Source: Candidatus Latescibacterota bacterium
Lineage (GTDB): Bacteria; Latescibacterota; UBA2968; UBA8231
Direction: 5' to 3'
DNA length: 64,000 nt
Assembly: GCA_965197905.1 (NCBI GenBank)
Contig: CBDAOB010000004.1
Span: 1,632,001 to 1,696,000 of the forward strand
Shown: positions 11,507 to 20,009 of the stretch, piece by piece
Layout: every line of letters begins with the position of its first letter
Numbering within the stretch: the first letter of the stretch is position 1
The notes under the pieces: model-generated
The model's database searches: none
What the model was told of the DNA's origin: nothing
What the model saw: only the letters and a program-made list of their open reading frames with translations
Program-made: the position numbers and the translations under genes

Positions 11507-12437
11507 ATGGGCGCACCTGGAAAAAGCCACCGCAAAGGAATCTCAGTCATAGAGTTGTTTGAAATGTTCCCCGACAATGATACTGCCCAGCAATGGTTTG
11601 AACAAGAACGTTGGCCCCGGACGTTGTGTTGCCCACGCTGCGGCGGGGTTGACAAGGCGAAGCGAACCGAGCATGGCGTTCCTATGGCTTTCTGGTGCGG
11701 GGACTGCCGCAAGCATTTCAGCGTCAGGACGGGGACGATATTGGAGCGGTCGAAAATTCCTTTACAGAAGTGGGCCATAGGTATATTTTTGCATCTGTCC
11801 AGCTTGAAGGGAGTGTCCAGTCTGAAGCTGCATAGGGATCTGAAAATCACCCAGAAAAGCGCGTGGCACATGTTGCATCGTATTCGCAAAGCCTACGAGA
11901 GCGAGAAGTCTACTGGACGGACCAGTCGAAATAGACGAAACTTTTATCGGCGGCGTAGAAGCTAACAAGCACGCCCACAAAAAACTGCGTTCAGGACGGG
12001 GACCGGTAGGCAAGGCGGCTGTTGCCGGTATCAAGGACCGCAACACCAAGGAAGTCCGAACGGCGGTTGTTGCTGATACTACTGCGGACACGCTGCAAGG
12101 TTTTGTGCGTGGCAACGTGCGGCGCAGGGCAGCCAAGTATACCGACGAGAACGGCTCCTATGTTGGCCTGCCATTCCACGAGACGGTTAAGCATGGGGTA
12201 GGGGAGAACTGGGTGAGCGGCAAGACGCATACGAACGGCATAGAGAGCTTTTGGAGCATGTTGAAACGCGGCTATCACGGAACCTATCACAAGATGAGCG
12301 TCAAGCACCTGCATCGTTACGTAACCGAGTTTGCCGGGCGGCACAATATCCGCGAACAGGACACCATTGACCAGATGCGGTCCATGTTCGCCGGTATGAT
12401 AGGCAAGCGCCTCATGTATTCGGAGTTGATCGAGTGA
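11507..12437 (+). mobile_element. IS1595-family DDE transposase, frameshift near 11910
   Basis: Zn ribbon CPRCG...CGDCRKHFSVRTGT; HTH SSLKLHRDLKITQKSAWHMLHRIR; VEIDETFIGG, YTDE, HTNGIESFWSMLKRG, KHLHRYVTEF. Confidence 0.95.
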
Positions 12438-12820
12438 CCGTAGAGTCTGTATCCTACGAAAGGAACCTCATGAATCTCGGAGAGGCTGCCAACGAATTAA
12501 AGGATGCACAAGAAAATTACAATGGCGCTATGAGCGCACTGAAAGCTCAAGTAGCAGGATTAGAAGTGCTCATATCATTTTTGCAGGAGGGGGAGTTTTC
12601 CCTAACTACCACTAACGAACTCAAGAACAAAGCTGGGAAATTTATCACAATCCCAAGGGGTCAATATCTTTACGAGGCAATAAAGGATTACGACGATGGC
12701 CGCAAGCGACTCAAAGAGGCCATTGAGGAATTCGGCAAGTCTGGTGTGAAGGAATCCTCATTCAGGGTCAAGCCCTTTAAGGAACTTTTCATTAAGACCA
12801 GCAATGGAAAAGAAGATTGA
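12434..12820 (+). CDS. Hypothetical IS cargo protein (coiled-coil N-terminus)
   Basis: GTGA overlap with the transposase stop; AT-rich 128-aa ORF. Confidence 0.65.
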   Translation: MTVESVSYERNLMNLGEAANELKDAQENYNGAMSALKAQVAGLEVLISFLQEGEFSLTTTNELKNKAGKFITIPRGQYLYEAIKDYDDGRKRLKEAIEEFGKSGVKESSFRVKPFKELFIKTSNGKED

Positions 12821-12858
12821 ACTTCGGAGTTAATAGATGACTGAATCGGAAATGGCTT

Positions 12859-12993
12859 ATGAAGAAGAAACCAGCCATCCCCAAGGAGTTGCAAAGAAGG
12901 GCATCTATCTTGGTCAGAGCCCTATTTGCGCTGCCCCCCGAAGATAAAAACCCACCGAAGCCAATTCCCAAGAAGAAGGACCAAGCCGTTTGA
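12859..12993 (+). CDS. Small basic protein (44 aa) downstream of the IS1595 transposase
   Basis: MKKKPAIPKELQRRASILVRALFALPPEDKNPPKPIPKKKDQAV, read by hand; below the ORF-track cutoff. Confidence 0.5.
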   Translation: MKKKPAIPKELQRRASILVRALFALPPEDKNPPKPIPKKKDQAV

Positions 12994-13019
12994 GCGAGGC
13001 TTGACAAACGTGGTGGTCT

Positions 13020-13373
13020 CTAGGGCGACGGGTAGTAAATTTCGATATTGACGCCCATTGTTTTTCCGTCATACCCGCCCGTCACAGCGGATATTTTCGC
13101 ATCTAGCTGGCCGCCATCCACTATACGCTCGTCCATGTGCAAATTCCGCGCAGTTCGACTAGGGAGGTGTCCAATCTGCTTGATTTTGCTTCCACCGAAA
13201 AAGCTACTTTGGCGACAGTAAACCGCAATCGCATTTTCGTCATAGGGGTTTTCGGGTTCGTGCTGCAAAATCAGCCTGTCGCCCACTTTGCACTTTGCGA
13301 TAATTTTCTGCCGGTCCGTACCGTCGTCATTGGGGTAGGTCACACCTACGGCTTTGGTGTGAAAAGATTCCAT
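13020..13373 (-). CDS. Stand-alone HIRAN-domain protein
   Basis: TKAVGVTY, RQKII, LILQHEPENPYDENAIAVY, IGHLP, ISAVTGG...GVNIEI. Confidence 0.88.
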   Translation of the reverse strand: MESFHTKAVGVTYPNDDGTDRQKIIAKCKVGDRLILQHEPENPYDENAIAVYCRQSSFFGGSKIKQIGHLPSRTARNLHMDERIVDGGQLDAKISAVTGGYDGKTMGVNIEIYYPSP

Positions 13374-13383
13374 TTCGGTTCTC

Positions 13384-13569
13384 TTATAAGCGGACCTCTT
13401 GCGCAAATACAAAACCCCTGTGGTTGTAAACGGAATCTTCCTCTTGCTCAGAGAAGTCAATCTCGGGATGCTCTTCGATCAGCCTATTTACTATCCTGAC
13501 GAGATCAGAGATAGTACGCTCTTGTTCTCGTGCATTGGATACTATATGTTCAACGGAAGTATTGGACAT
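13384..13569 (-). CDS. Small hypothetical protein (61 aa) upstream of HIRAN
   Basis: AAAGGTAGG RBS-like sequence; 10 bp gap to the HIRAN start. Confidence 0.55.
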   Translation of the reverse strand: MSNTSVEHIVSNAREQERTISDLVRIVNRLIEEHPEIDFSEQEEDSVYNHRGFVFAQEVRL

Positions 13570-13590
13570 TGAAAGTCCTACCTTTCTTTG

Positions 13591-13602
13591 GGGGATTATA
13601 TA
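13591..13602 (+). repeat. Putative IS1595 terminal sequence GGGGATTATATA (copy 2, same orientation)
   Basis: Identical to 11439-11450; lies 16 bp past the HNH ORF stop. Confidence 0.55.
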
Positions 13603-13618
13603 GCAAAGTTGCGAGTAG

Positions 13619-14179
13619 CTATTTATCCATCCAGGAAAAATCTTTTCTTCTTTGGCTGATAATAGTAGCAAATTCAGCCTGGGTTTTCTTACCCTTGACG
13701 CTGTTGCAGTGTCCGCACAAAAGCTGAAAGTTCCACTTGTGGTCCGTCCCGCCCCGATTTTTGGCTATGATATGGTCCATGTCAAAATCTTCCAACCGTG
13801 AAAAATGGCTATTACACCCATTGCAACGGCCCACCTGAATACCGTATAATCCCCTTTTATATTCCCTTTTCTCTTTTTGCGTTAATGGCGGTCCTAAATC
13901 TGTTCTTTGTGGAACCTTGTTAGTTACCTGAATGTCACCAAATAGGCCCTCATCGTCTCTTATGCGGTCTACCACAAGCTCGCCAGCCTTTGTGGAAATT
14001 CTTTCTGCTATACCTGGTAATATTTCTTGATATTCCCTGAATAGAACAGGTGGAGGCAGTGGCCCCCTAAAGGTCGTTGATTCAATTATGGCAATTTGTG
14101 TGCTTTGAGGAAGACGCTTTAAAACTTCGGGGGGAATTTCAGAAATCAGATCATCTGGAACTGCATTTTGACCCGCATC
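13619..14179 (-). pseudogene. Start-less in-frame chimera: DUF2335-like N-terminal fragment fused to an HNH endonuclease domain
   Basis: FRGPLPPPVLFREYQEILPGIAERI|STKAGELVVDRI...CNGC...DHIIAKNRGGTDHKWNFQLLCGHCNSVKG; frame bounded 5' by TAG TGA; an internal GTG at 13975 could give the HNH part alone. Confidence 0.75.
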
Positions 14180-14193
14180 TCACTACGGGTTTG

Positions 14194-14209
14194 AGCAAAG
14201 GGTGTGCCA
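14194..14209 (-). promoter_or_regulatory. sigma54 -24/-12 promoter
   Basis: Minus strand TGGCAC-ACCCT-TTGCT matches TGGCAC-N5-TTGCW. Confidence 0.7.
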
Positions 14210-14728
14210 CACCCAGCGCGGTTGGTCGATTTTTTGCCTGATCCGGCCGTGGAATTACCGAACGGGGGCGCGCTTGTCTACCGTGAGAGGACCATATCTT
14301 GTATTGGTCCGGAAAAAATCGAACCGACACACAACATGAGATAGTGGGCTTCCGGGCGCAAGAGTGGGCCGCAGGCTACCTATCCGCTGGCTCAGCTACC
14401 TCGCGGTTGGTGTCGAAAGGCACACTGTGGAACCCGTATTTTATGTGGGAAAAATTGGCCGGTTGGACGCAACTTTCAAGCAAAATAATCTGCAAATGCC
14501 TGGTTTTCAGTCAAATCGCCCTGTTATTCAGGCGATCTGAGCGTAATCGCGCGGTCCGATCAGGGGCGCGCTCTCCTCCCGGGCCGGAGGCAACAACTCT
14601 GGTGCGCCGTGCGGCACTTGGCTGGCCATGGCGATCAGCGCTTCCGCGGGCGAGGAACCGCGACCGCTTGCCCACGGCGACGTGGCAATCCACAGGTCTC
14701 GTTCCACTTCAATAATGAAGGAATACTG

Positions 14729-14887
14729 CTATCCACACACCTGACAGGGGATGAGCAGCTCGACGCGCCCGGTCCCCCGGCAGCAACAGTCCGTATCGCT
14801 GGTTTCCCGCACGCGGCAACACGCGCAAGGCGTGCTGTGGGGCATGTGACCAGTCCCGTAGCAGGTACTGCAGGTGGCATCCGGCAA
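14729..14887 (-). CDS. 52-aa cysteine-rich protein with DnaJ-like CxxCxGxG motif
   Basis: GGAG + 8 nt + TTG; CSTCYGTG...CACC...CCCRGTG...CQVCG. Confidence 0.5.
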   Translation of the reverse strand: MPDATCSTCYGTGHMPHSTPCACCRVRETSDTDCCCRGTGRVELLIPCQVCG

Positions 14888-15037
14888 CGACGCGACTCCG
14901 CTACATATTGGGGATCGTCGGGTGGAAACTACTAGAAGGGGCAGTTCCAGGAATAATACAAACGGCTCCGGCAAAGAGCAAGATCAAACGCCGCCCAAGC
15001 CTGCCAGAGCCGACGGGGAGCGGCCGGAAGCCTATTT

Positions 15038-15328
15038 CTAGGTCCCGATTTCGGAAGCAGAGCGAGCGGAGAACCTACCCTCTCGCAGCCCCCGCAAGGC
15101 CGCAAGAGCGTCCCAGGCGCCAGCGGTGTGACGCATTTCGTCTTGCATCTCCATGCCCTTGCGAACCGTCCGGTGGCGTTCTCGACGGCGCTCTTCGCGG
15201 TCGTGATTCTGGGCATAGGACACAACCGATCGGCGTAGAACTTCATCCGAACTGATCCCGGATTGGGTCGCTATGCGACCGACTGCATCGGCCTGCTCAT
15301 CGGAGAGGCAGATTTCAACGCGGGTCAC
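15038..15328 (-). CDS. Ribbon-helix-helix (CopG-like) protein, antitoxin-like
   Basis: TRVEICLSDEQADAVGRIATQSGISSDEVLRRSV pattern; AAGGGG RBS; sigma70 promoter upstream. Confidence 0.7.
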   Translation of the reverse strand: MTRVEICLSDEQADAVGRIATQSGISSDEVLRRSVVSYAQNHDREERRRERHRTVRKGMEMQDEMRHTAGAWDALAALRGLREGRFSARSASEIGT

Positions 15329-15372
15329 GAAATATCCCCTTTATGGGCTGATTTGAGGAATGGAGCGATCCC

Positions 15373-15401
15373 AGTATATCGGCCTTTTGATCACCTGTCA
15401 A
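15373..15401 (-). promoter_or_regulatory. sigma70 promoter for the RHH gene
   Basis: Minus strand TTGACA-N17-TATACT. Confidence 0.8.
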
Positions 15402-15419
15402 GAGAAAAGCTAACTCATT

Positions 15420-15510
15420 TGCGGACAATAAGTTATTATGTGGAAAACTAGCTCATTTTGTGGATATTGTGGTCTCTTCTGTGGACAGAATGGGGAGCCA
15501 GTGTGGATAA
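15420..15510 (-). promoter_or_regulatory. Array of five co-oriented DnaA-box-like 9-mers
   Basis: TTATCCACA (15502-10), CTGTCCACA (15480-88), ATATCCACA (15459-67), TTTTCCACA (15439-47), TTGTCCGCA (15420-28). Confidence 0.7.
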
Positions 15511-15559
15511 CGTTGGCCCTCCTCGCAGGACCTGAGATCACGGGGACGTAGGGTTGGGA

Positions 15560-16452
15560 TTATTTCTTTTTCGGAGATTTTCGCGCCGCGAATCCGGCCC
15601 TATCTTCCAACTCTTCCACGGTGCCGGGCCAATCCCCTTTCAGCAGCCGCGACAGCTGACGATCGGCCAGCACCTTGCCACCGGTCTGGCACCGGGGGCA
15701 GTAGTTGGTTTCGTTCTGCGCATATTCGATCCGCTGAACCGCTGTGCCGCATTGCGGGCATGGCTCCCCGAAACGACCGTGCACCGCCATTCCCGGACGG
15801 AATCGGCGCGCAGGCGCTCGGTCCACCCTTTCAACGTTGAAATCGCAGCTTGGTGAAGCCGAGCGATTTCCTCGTCGGCGAGCCGGCGGGTCCACTTTAG
15901 CGGGGAAAGGCCGGCCGCGTGAAGAATCTCGTCGGAGTAGGCATTGCCGATTCCGCTGAACAAGTGTGGATCGGTCAGCGCTCGTTTGAGGGTGTGGTTC
16001 TCGCGTGCCAAGACCTGTTTGAACGCCGCTTCGTCGCTGTCAATCACCTCCAGGCCCCCCGGATCGTGCTCGGCAAGCCCCTCGCGACCGCACACCAGGT
16101 GCAGCGAAGCGCGCTTTTTCGACCCGGCCTCGGTCACCATCATGGTGCCCTGGGCGAAATGAAACGCCGCCAGATCGATTTTCTTCCGCGGTTTGCTACC
16201 CGCTCGTTTCCAGTGAAAGCGACCGGCGATCATCAAGTAGAACACCAGGAAGAGCCCTTCCTCGAGGTTCCAGACGATGCGCTTTCCCTGACGATGGAAG
16301 TCGATGATCTCTTTACCGACAACCGCTTGCAGCGGCGGATCGAAGCTGCGCACCAGGAACGGACTGCGGAGTTCCACCTGTTCGATGGTCTGGTGCTGCA
16401 GCAAACGCTTCAGTGCATCGACATAGATCTGGACGTCGGGGAGTTCAGGCAT
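15560..16452 (-). pseudogene. Fpg/Nei-family DNA glycosylase/AP lyase; frameshift/deletion near 15800 puts the zinc finger out of frame
   Basis: [26 protein letters not shown] (H2TH); second frame has CPQCG...[16 protein letters not shown]. Confidence 0.9.
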
Positions 16453-16470
16453 AGGAACAATGCCGGCAAG

Positions 16471-17157
16471 CTACCAGGGCAGACCGACCGCCATGGTCAG
16501 GTATTCCATGAACGGCGCCGCGGCCCGACAGCGGGCGCTGAAACGATCGAGGAAACCGTCGGCGCACACCTCTTTTTGCGTCAAGGGCGAAACCCCGATG
16601 AAATCCTTGCGCTTGAGATCTTCGATAAGCGGGTGGTCGGCGTCGAAACCGCGTGGGGGGCGTTTGAGCTTGTCGCCCTCCAGTTTGAAGTGAGCAGTGA
16701 ACTCCTTGTCCTTTACTGCTTGAAGCCATCCCTCCGACTTGTCGGCGATGAAGCTTCGCAGCAGCCCAAGAGTGTTGGAATCGGGGTGCCAGATGCCGGC
16801 GCCGGCGAACAGGTTTCCCGGTTCCAAGTGCAGATAGTAGCCTGGACCGTGCACGTCGCGCCCCGAGTCGTGGCGAAAGTGGATGCCCGCCGCAGTTTTA
16901 TACGGGCTTTTGTCCTTGGAAAAGCGAACGTCGCGGTGAAGGCGAAACAGCGAGCCGCCAGTGCGCCGAGCATCAGCGACGAAATTCGGACTGATCCTGT
17001 GCAAGGCCGGTTCGAAATCCCGCACGAACTGGAGCAGCGGTTCGCGGACCTGCGCCTCGTAACCTTCTTTGTTTGCCTGAAACCATTCCCTGTTGTTGTT
17101 CCTGGCGAGTTCGCGGAAAAAGGCGAACAGCCCGGGTTTTATATACGGATTCGCCAC
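16471..17157 (-). CDS. DUF2461 / TIGR02453 family protein
   Basis: ELARNNNREWFQANK, FRLHRDVRFSKDKSPYKT, GYYLHL, LKRPPRGF. Confidence 0.92.
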   Translation of the reverse strand: MANPYIKPGLFAFFRELARNNNREWFQANKEGYEAQVREPLLQFVRDFEPALHRISPNFVADARRTGGSLFRLHRDVRFSKDKSPYKTAAGIHFRHDSGRDVHGPGYYLHLEPGNLFAGAGIWHPDSNTLGLLRSFIADKSEGWLQAVKDKEFTAHFKLEGDKLKRPPRGFDADHPLIEDLKRKDFIGVSPLTQKEVCADGFLDRFSARCRAAAPFMEYLTMAVGLPW

Positions 17158-17176
17158 CGTCTCCTCCTGCTGTGGG

Positions 17177-19906
17177 TCAGTGGGCTTCCAGCCAGTTGGT
17201 GCCGATGCCCACTTCAACGACGATAGGCACCTCTACCGGCAGCGCCGATCGCATCTTCTCTTCCACCATGGGTGGCAAGAGCTCGCGCTCGCTCCGGTGC
17301 ATATCGAACACCAGCTCGTCGTGGACCTGCAGCAGCATGCGGGATTTGAGATTCTGCGTCTTGATCTCACGGTGGATGTTGGCCATGGCGATCTTGATCA
17401 TATCCGCCGCCGAACCCTGAATCCGGGTGTTGATGGCATTGCGCTCGGCTGCCGCCCGCGAGGCTGCATTTCTAGAGGTGATGTCCCGTAGGTATCGGCG
17501 GCGCCCCATGATCGTCGCCACGTAACCGTGTTCCCGCGCGAAGTCGATGGTCTCATCCATGTAGGAACGAATGCCGGGAAACTGTTCGAAGTACTGGTCG
17601 ATGATCTCTTTCGCCTCACCGCGTGATATGTCCAGCTGCCCGGCTAGCCCGAAAGCCGATATGCCGTAGATGATCCCGAAATTCACCGCCTTTGCGCGGC
17701 GGCGCATCTCGGCGGTTACCCTGGCTTCGTCGACCTCGTAGACCTTCATCGCCGTGGTCGCGTGTATGTCGCCGTTCTCCTTGAACGTCTGCTGCATCCC
17801 AACATCGCCGCTGATCTCGGCGGCAAGACGCAGTTCGATCTGGGAGTAGTCGGCGGACAGGAGCAGATACTCCGCTGAACGCGGCACGAACGCCTTGCGG
17901 ATTTCGCGCCCAAACTCGGAACGTACCGGGATGTTCTGCAGGTTGGGCCCGCTGGACTGCAGCCGTCCGGTAGCGGTTACCGCCTGCTCATACGTGGTAT
18001 GCACGTGTCCGGTGCGCTCGTCGACGGTACCCGGGAGCATGTCGACGTAGGTCGACTTGAGTTTTGTGGACTCGCGATATGAGAGGACCTGTTGCGCGAT
18101 TTCGTGGCTCATCGCCAGCCGACGCAGGGTCTGTTCGTTGGTCTGGAACTGTCCAGTTTTCCGCGTTCGTCGGGCGTTCGGGTCGATCTTGAGCTTCTCG
18201 AAAAGAATGCTGCCCAGCTGCTGAGGTGAGTTGAGGTTGAACTCCTCGCCGGCCAGTTGAAAAATCGCGGCGCGGCATTGATCGATGGCTCTTGACAGGG
18301 TCTGGGAGAGGATGGCCAGCGGTTCCGGATCCAAGCGAACCCCTTCGTGTTCCATCTCTACCAAGGTTGAGACCAACGGCGACTCGACCTCCACGAGGGT
18401 CTTCATCACTTCCCGCTCTTCCAGTTTTTCGCGCAAGTATTCCGCCAGTTGCCAGGTGATGTCGGCGTCCTCGCCGGCGTACTCCACCAGCTGCTCGAGT
18501 TCCACGTCCCGCATGCTCAGCTGTTCCTCGCCCTTTTCCCCGATGAGTTCGGTGATCGAGAGCGGACGGTACCCGAGCAAGGACTCGGCTAGGAAATCCA
18601 AGGTCTTGCGCGAGTCCGGCTCCGCTAGGTGCGCCGCGATCATGGTATCAAACAGCGGACCATCAACGAAGATCTCGTGCCAGCGCAAGACTGCGAGGTC
18701 AAACTTCAGGTTGTGGCCCACTTTTTCCGTTTGAGGATTCGATAGCAGGGGCACGAATTCCTGCAATACCTCCATTGCCGCATCGCGTTCGGCGGGCAGC
18801 GGTACGTAATAGGCGGCACGTTCTTCGAAGGCGAAAGCGAGTCCGATGATCTCGCAGGTTCTGGGGTTGAGACCGGTGGTTTCGAGATCGAAACAGAACC
18901 GGGGTAGCTCCGTCAGCTGCGCGATCAGCTCGGCACGCTTTTCCTTGCCCTGTATCAGACGGTAGTCGTGCTCGATCTGTTGGAGGTTTTGCACCTCGCC
19001 GGCAGCCGGCTTGGAGGCCGTGGCGGTAGCTTCGAAGTCTTCCCCCAGAATCCGTTTGCCCAGAACGTTGAACTCCAGCTCGGAGAACACCTGGCTCAAG
19101 AGCGATTCGTCGTGGCGCGCGCGTTTCAGGTCGTTGACCTCCACGCCGACGGGTACCTGGCAGTCGATGGTGACCAATCTCTTCGACAGCAGCGCCTGCT
19201 CGCGGTGGGTCGCGAGGGTCTCCTTCTGTTTGCCTTTGAGCTGGTCCAGATGGTCCAGGAGGCCTTCGACCGATCCGTACTGGCCGATCAGCTTCTGCGC
19301 CGTTTTCTCGCCGATACCAGGCACCCCGGGCACATTATCACTGGTGTCGCCCATCAATCCCAGGATGTCGATCACCTGCTCGGGGCGCTCGATCTTCCAG
19401 CGGGCGTTGATCTCCGCGATGCCCTGCACCTCCTCGTCGCCACCGGCGCGCCCCGGCTTGAGCACGAAAATCCTCTTGGTGACCAGCTGACCATAATCCT
19501 TGTCCGGGGTAACCATGTAGGTGTCGATACCGTCCGCCGCCGCTCGCTGCGCCAGGGTGCCGATGATGTCGTCAGCTTCCCAGCCGGGCGCGGTGAGCAC
19601 GGTGACTCCCAGCGCCTCGCAGATTCTTCGCACGTACGGCAACGCCACCTGCAGATCCTCCGGCATGGCGTCCCGCTGGGCTTTGTACGGCGCAAACTCC
19701 TTGTGGCGGTGGGTAGGTTCGGGGGTATCGAAGGCGCAGCCGATATGAGTGCATTCGCCGTTGGCCAGAATCCCCATCAGGGTGTTGGCAAAGACAAACG
19801 GCGCCGAGGTGTTAATCCGGGTGGAGGTGAGATGGGGGTTTCGTATCAACGCGAAATGGCCGCGATACGCCAGTGCCATTCCGTCCAGGAGGTACAGCCT
19901 CGACAT
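17177..19906 (-). CDS. polA: DNA polymerase I
   Basis: 5' nuclease (LLDGMALAYR, EADDIIG, GDTSDNVPGVPGIGEKTA), 3'-5' exo (FDLETT), pol motifs DYSQIELR, KAVNFGIIYG, LQVHDEL. Confidence 0.99.
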   Translation of the reverse strand: MSRLYLLDGMALAYRGHFALIRNPHLTSTRINTSAPFVFANTLMGILANGECTHIGCAFDTPEPTHRHKEFAPYKAQRDAMPEDLQVALPYVRRICEALGVTVLTAPGWEADDIIGTLAQRAAADGIDTYMVTPDKDYGQLVTKRIFVLKPGRAGGDEEVQGIAEINARWKIERPEQVIDILGLMGDTSDNVPGVPGIGEKTAQKLIGQYGSVEGLLDHLDQLKGKQKETLATHREQALLSKRLVTIDCQVPVGVEVNDLKRARHDESLLSQVFSELEFNVLGKRILGEDFEATATASKPAAGEVQNLQQIEHDYRLIQGKEKRAELIAQLTELPRFCFDLETTGLNPRTCEIIGLAFAFEERAAYYVPLPAERDAAMEVLQEFVPLLSNPQTEKVGHNLKFDLAVLRWHEIFVDGPLFDTMIAAHLAEPDSRKTLDFLAESLLGYRPLSITELIGEKGEEQLSMRDVELEQLVEYAGEDADITWQLAEYLREKLEEREVMKTLVEVESPLVSTLVEMEHEGVRLDPEPLAILSQTLSRAIDQCRAAIFQLAGEEFNLNSPQQLGSILFEKLKIDPNARRTRKTGQFQTNEQTLRRLAMSHEIAQQVLSYRESTKLKSTYVDMLPGTVDERTGHVHTTYEQAVTATGRLQSSGPNLQNIPVRSEFGREIRKAFVPRSAEYLLLSADYSQIELRLAAEISGDVGMQQTFKENGDIHATTAMKVYEVDEARVTAEMRRRAKAVNFGIIYGISAFGLAGQLDISRGEAKEIIDQYFEQFPGIRSYMDETIDFAREHGYVATIMGRRRYLRDITSRNAASRAAAERNAINTRIQGSAADMIKIAMANIHREIKTQNLKSRMLLQVHDELVFDMHRSERELLPPMVEEKMRSALPVEVPIVVEVGIGTNWLEAH

Positions 19907-19939
19907 GGGCAACAATCTAAAGAAATGGGAGGTGGCAAC

Positions 19940-19975
19940 AAAAAAAGACCCCGCCGCGTTGTTGGCGGCGAGGTC
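19940..19975 (-). terminator. Rho-independent terminator
   Basis: Minus strand GACCTCGCCGC..GCGGCGGGGTC followed by T7, downstream of the 20010 ORF. Confidence 0.75.
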
Positions 19976-20009
19976 ATTGGGGGGTCCGCGGGCCCCGCGG
20001 AAAAGGCGT

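Noticed and set aside
13845..13854. TATAATCCCC as the inverted right end of the IS1595 element
   Set aside because: Only a 10-bp match, and it lies inside the uninterrupted HNH coding frame (RGLY).
15919..17226. 435-aa plus-strand ORF and other long antisense ORFs (e.g. 18968-20107, 31034-31700)
   Set aside because: Shadows of well-supported opposite-strand genes in GC-rich DNA.
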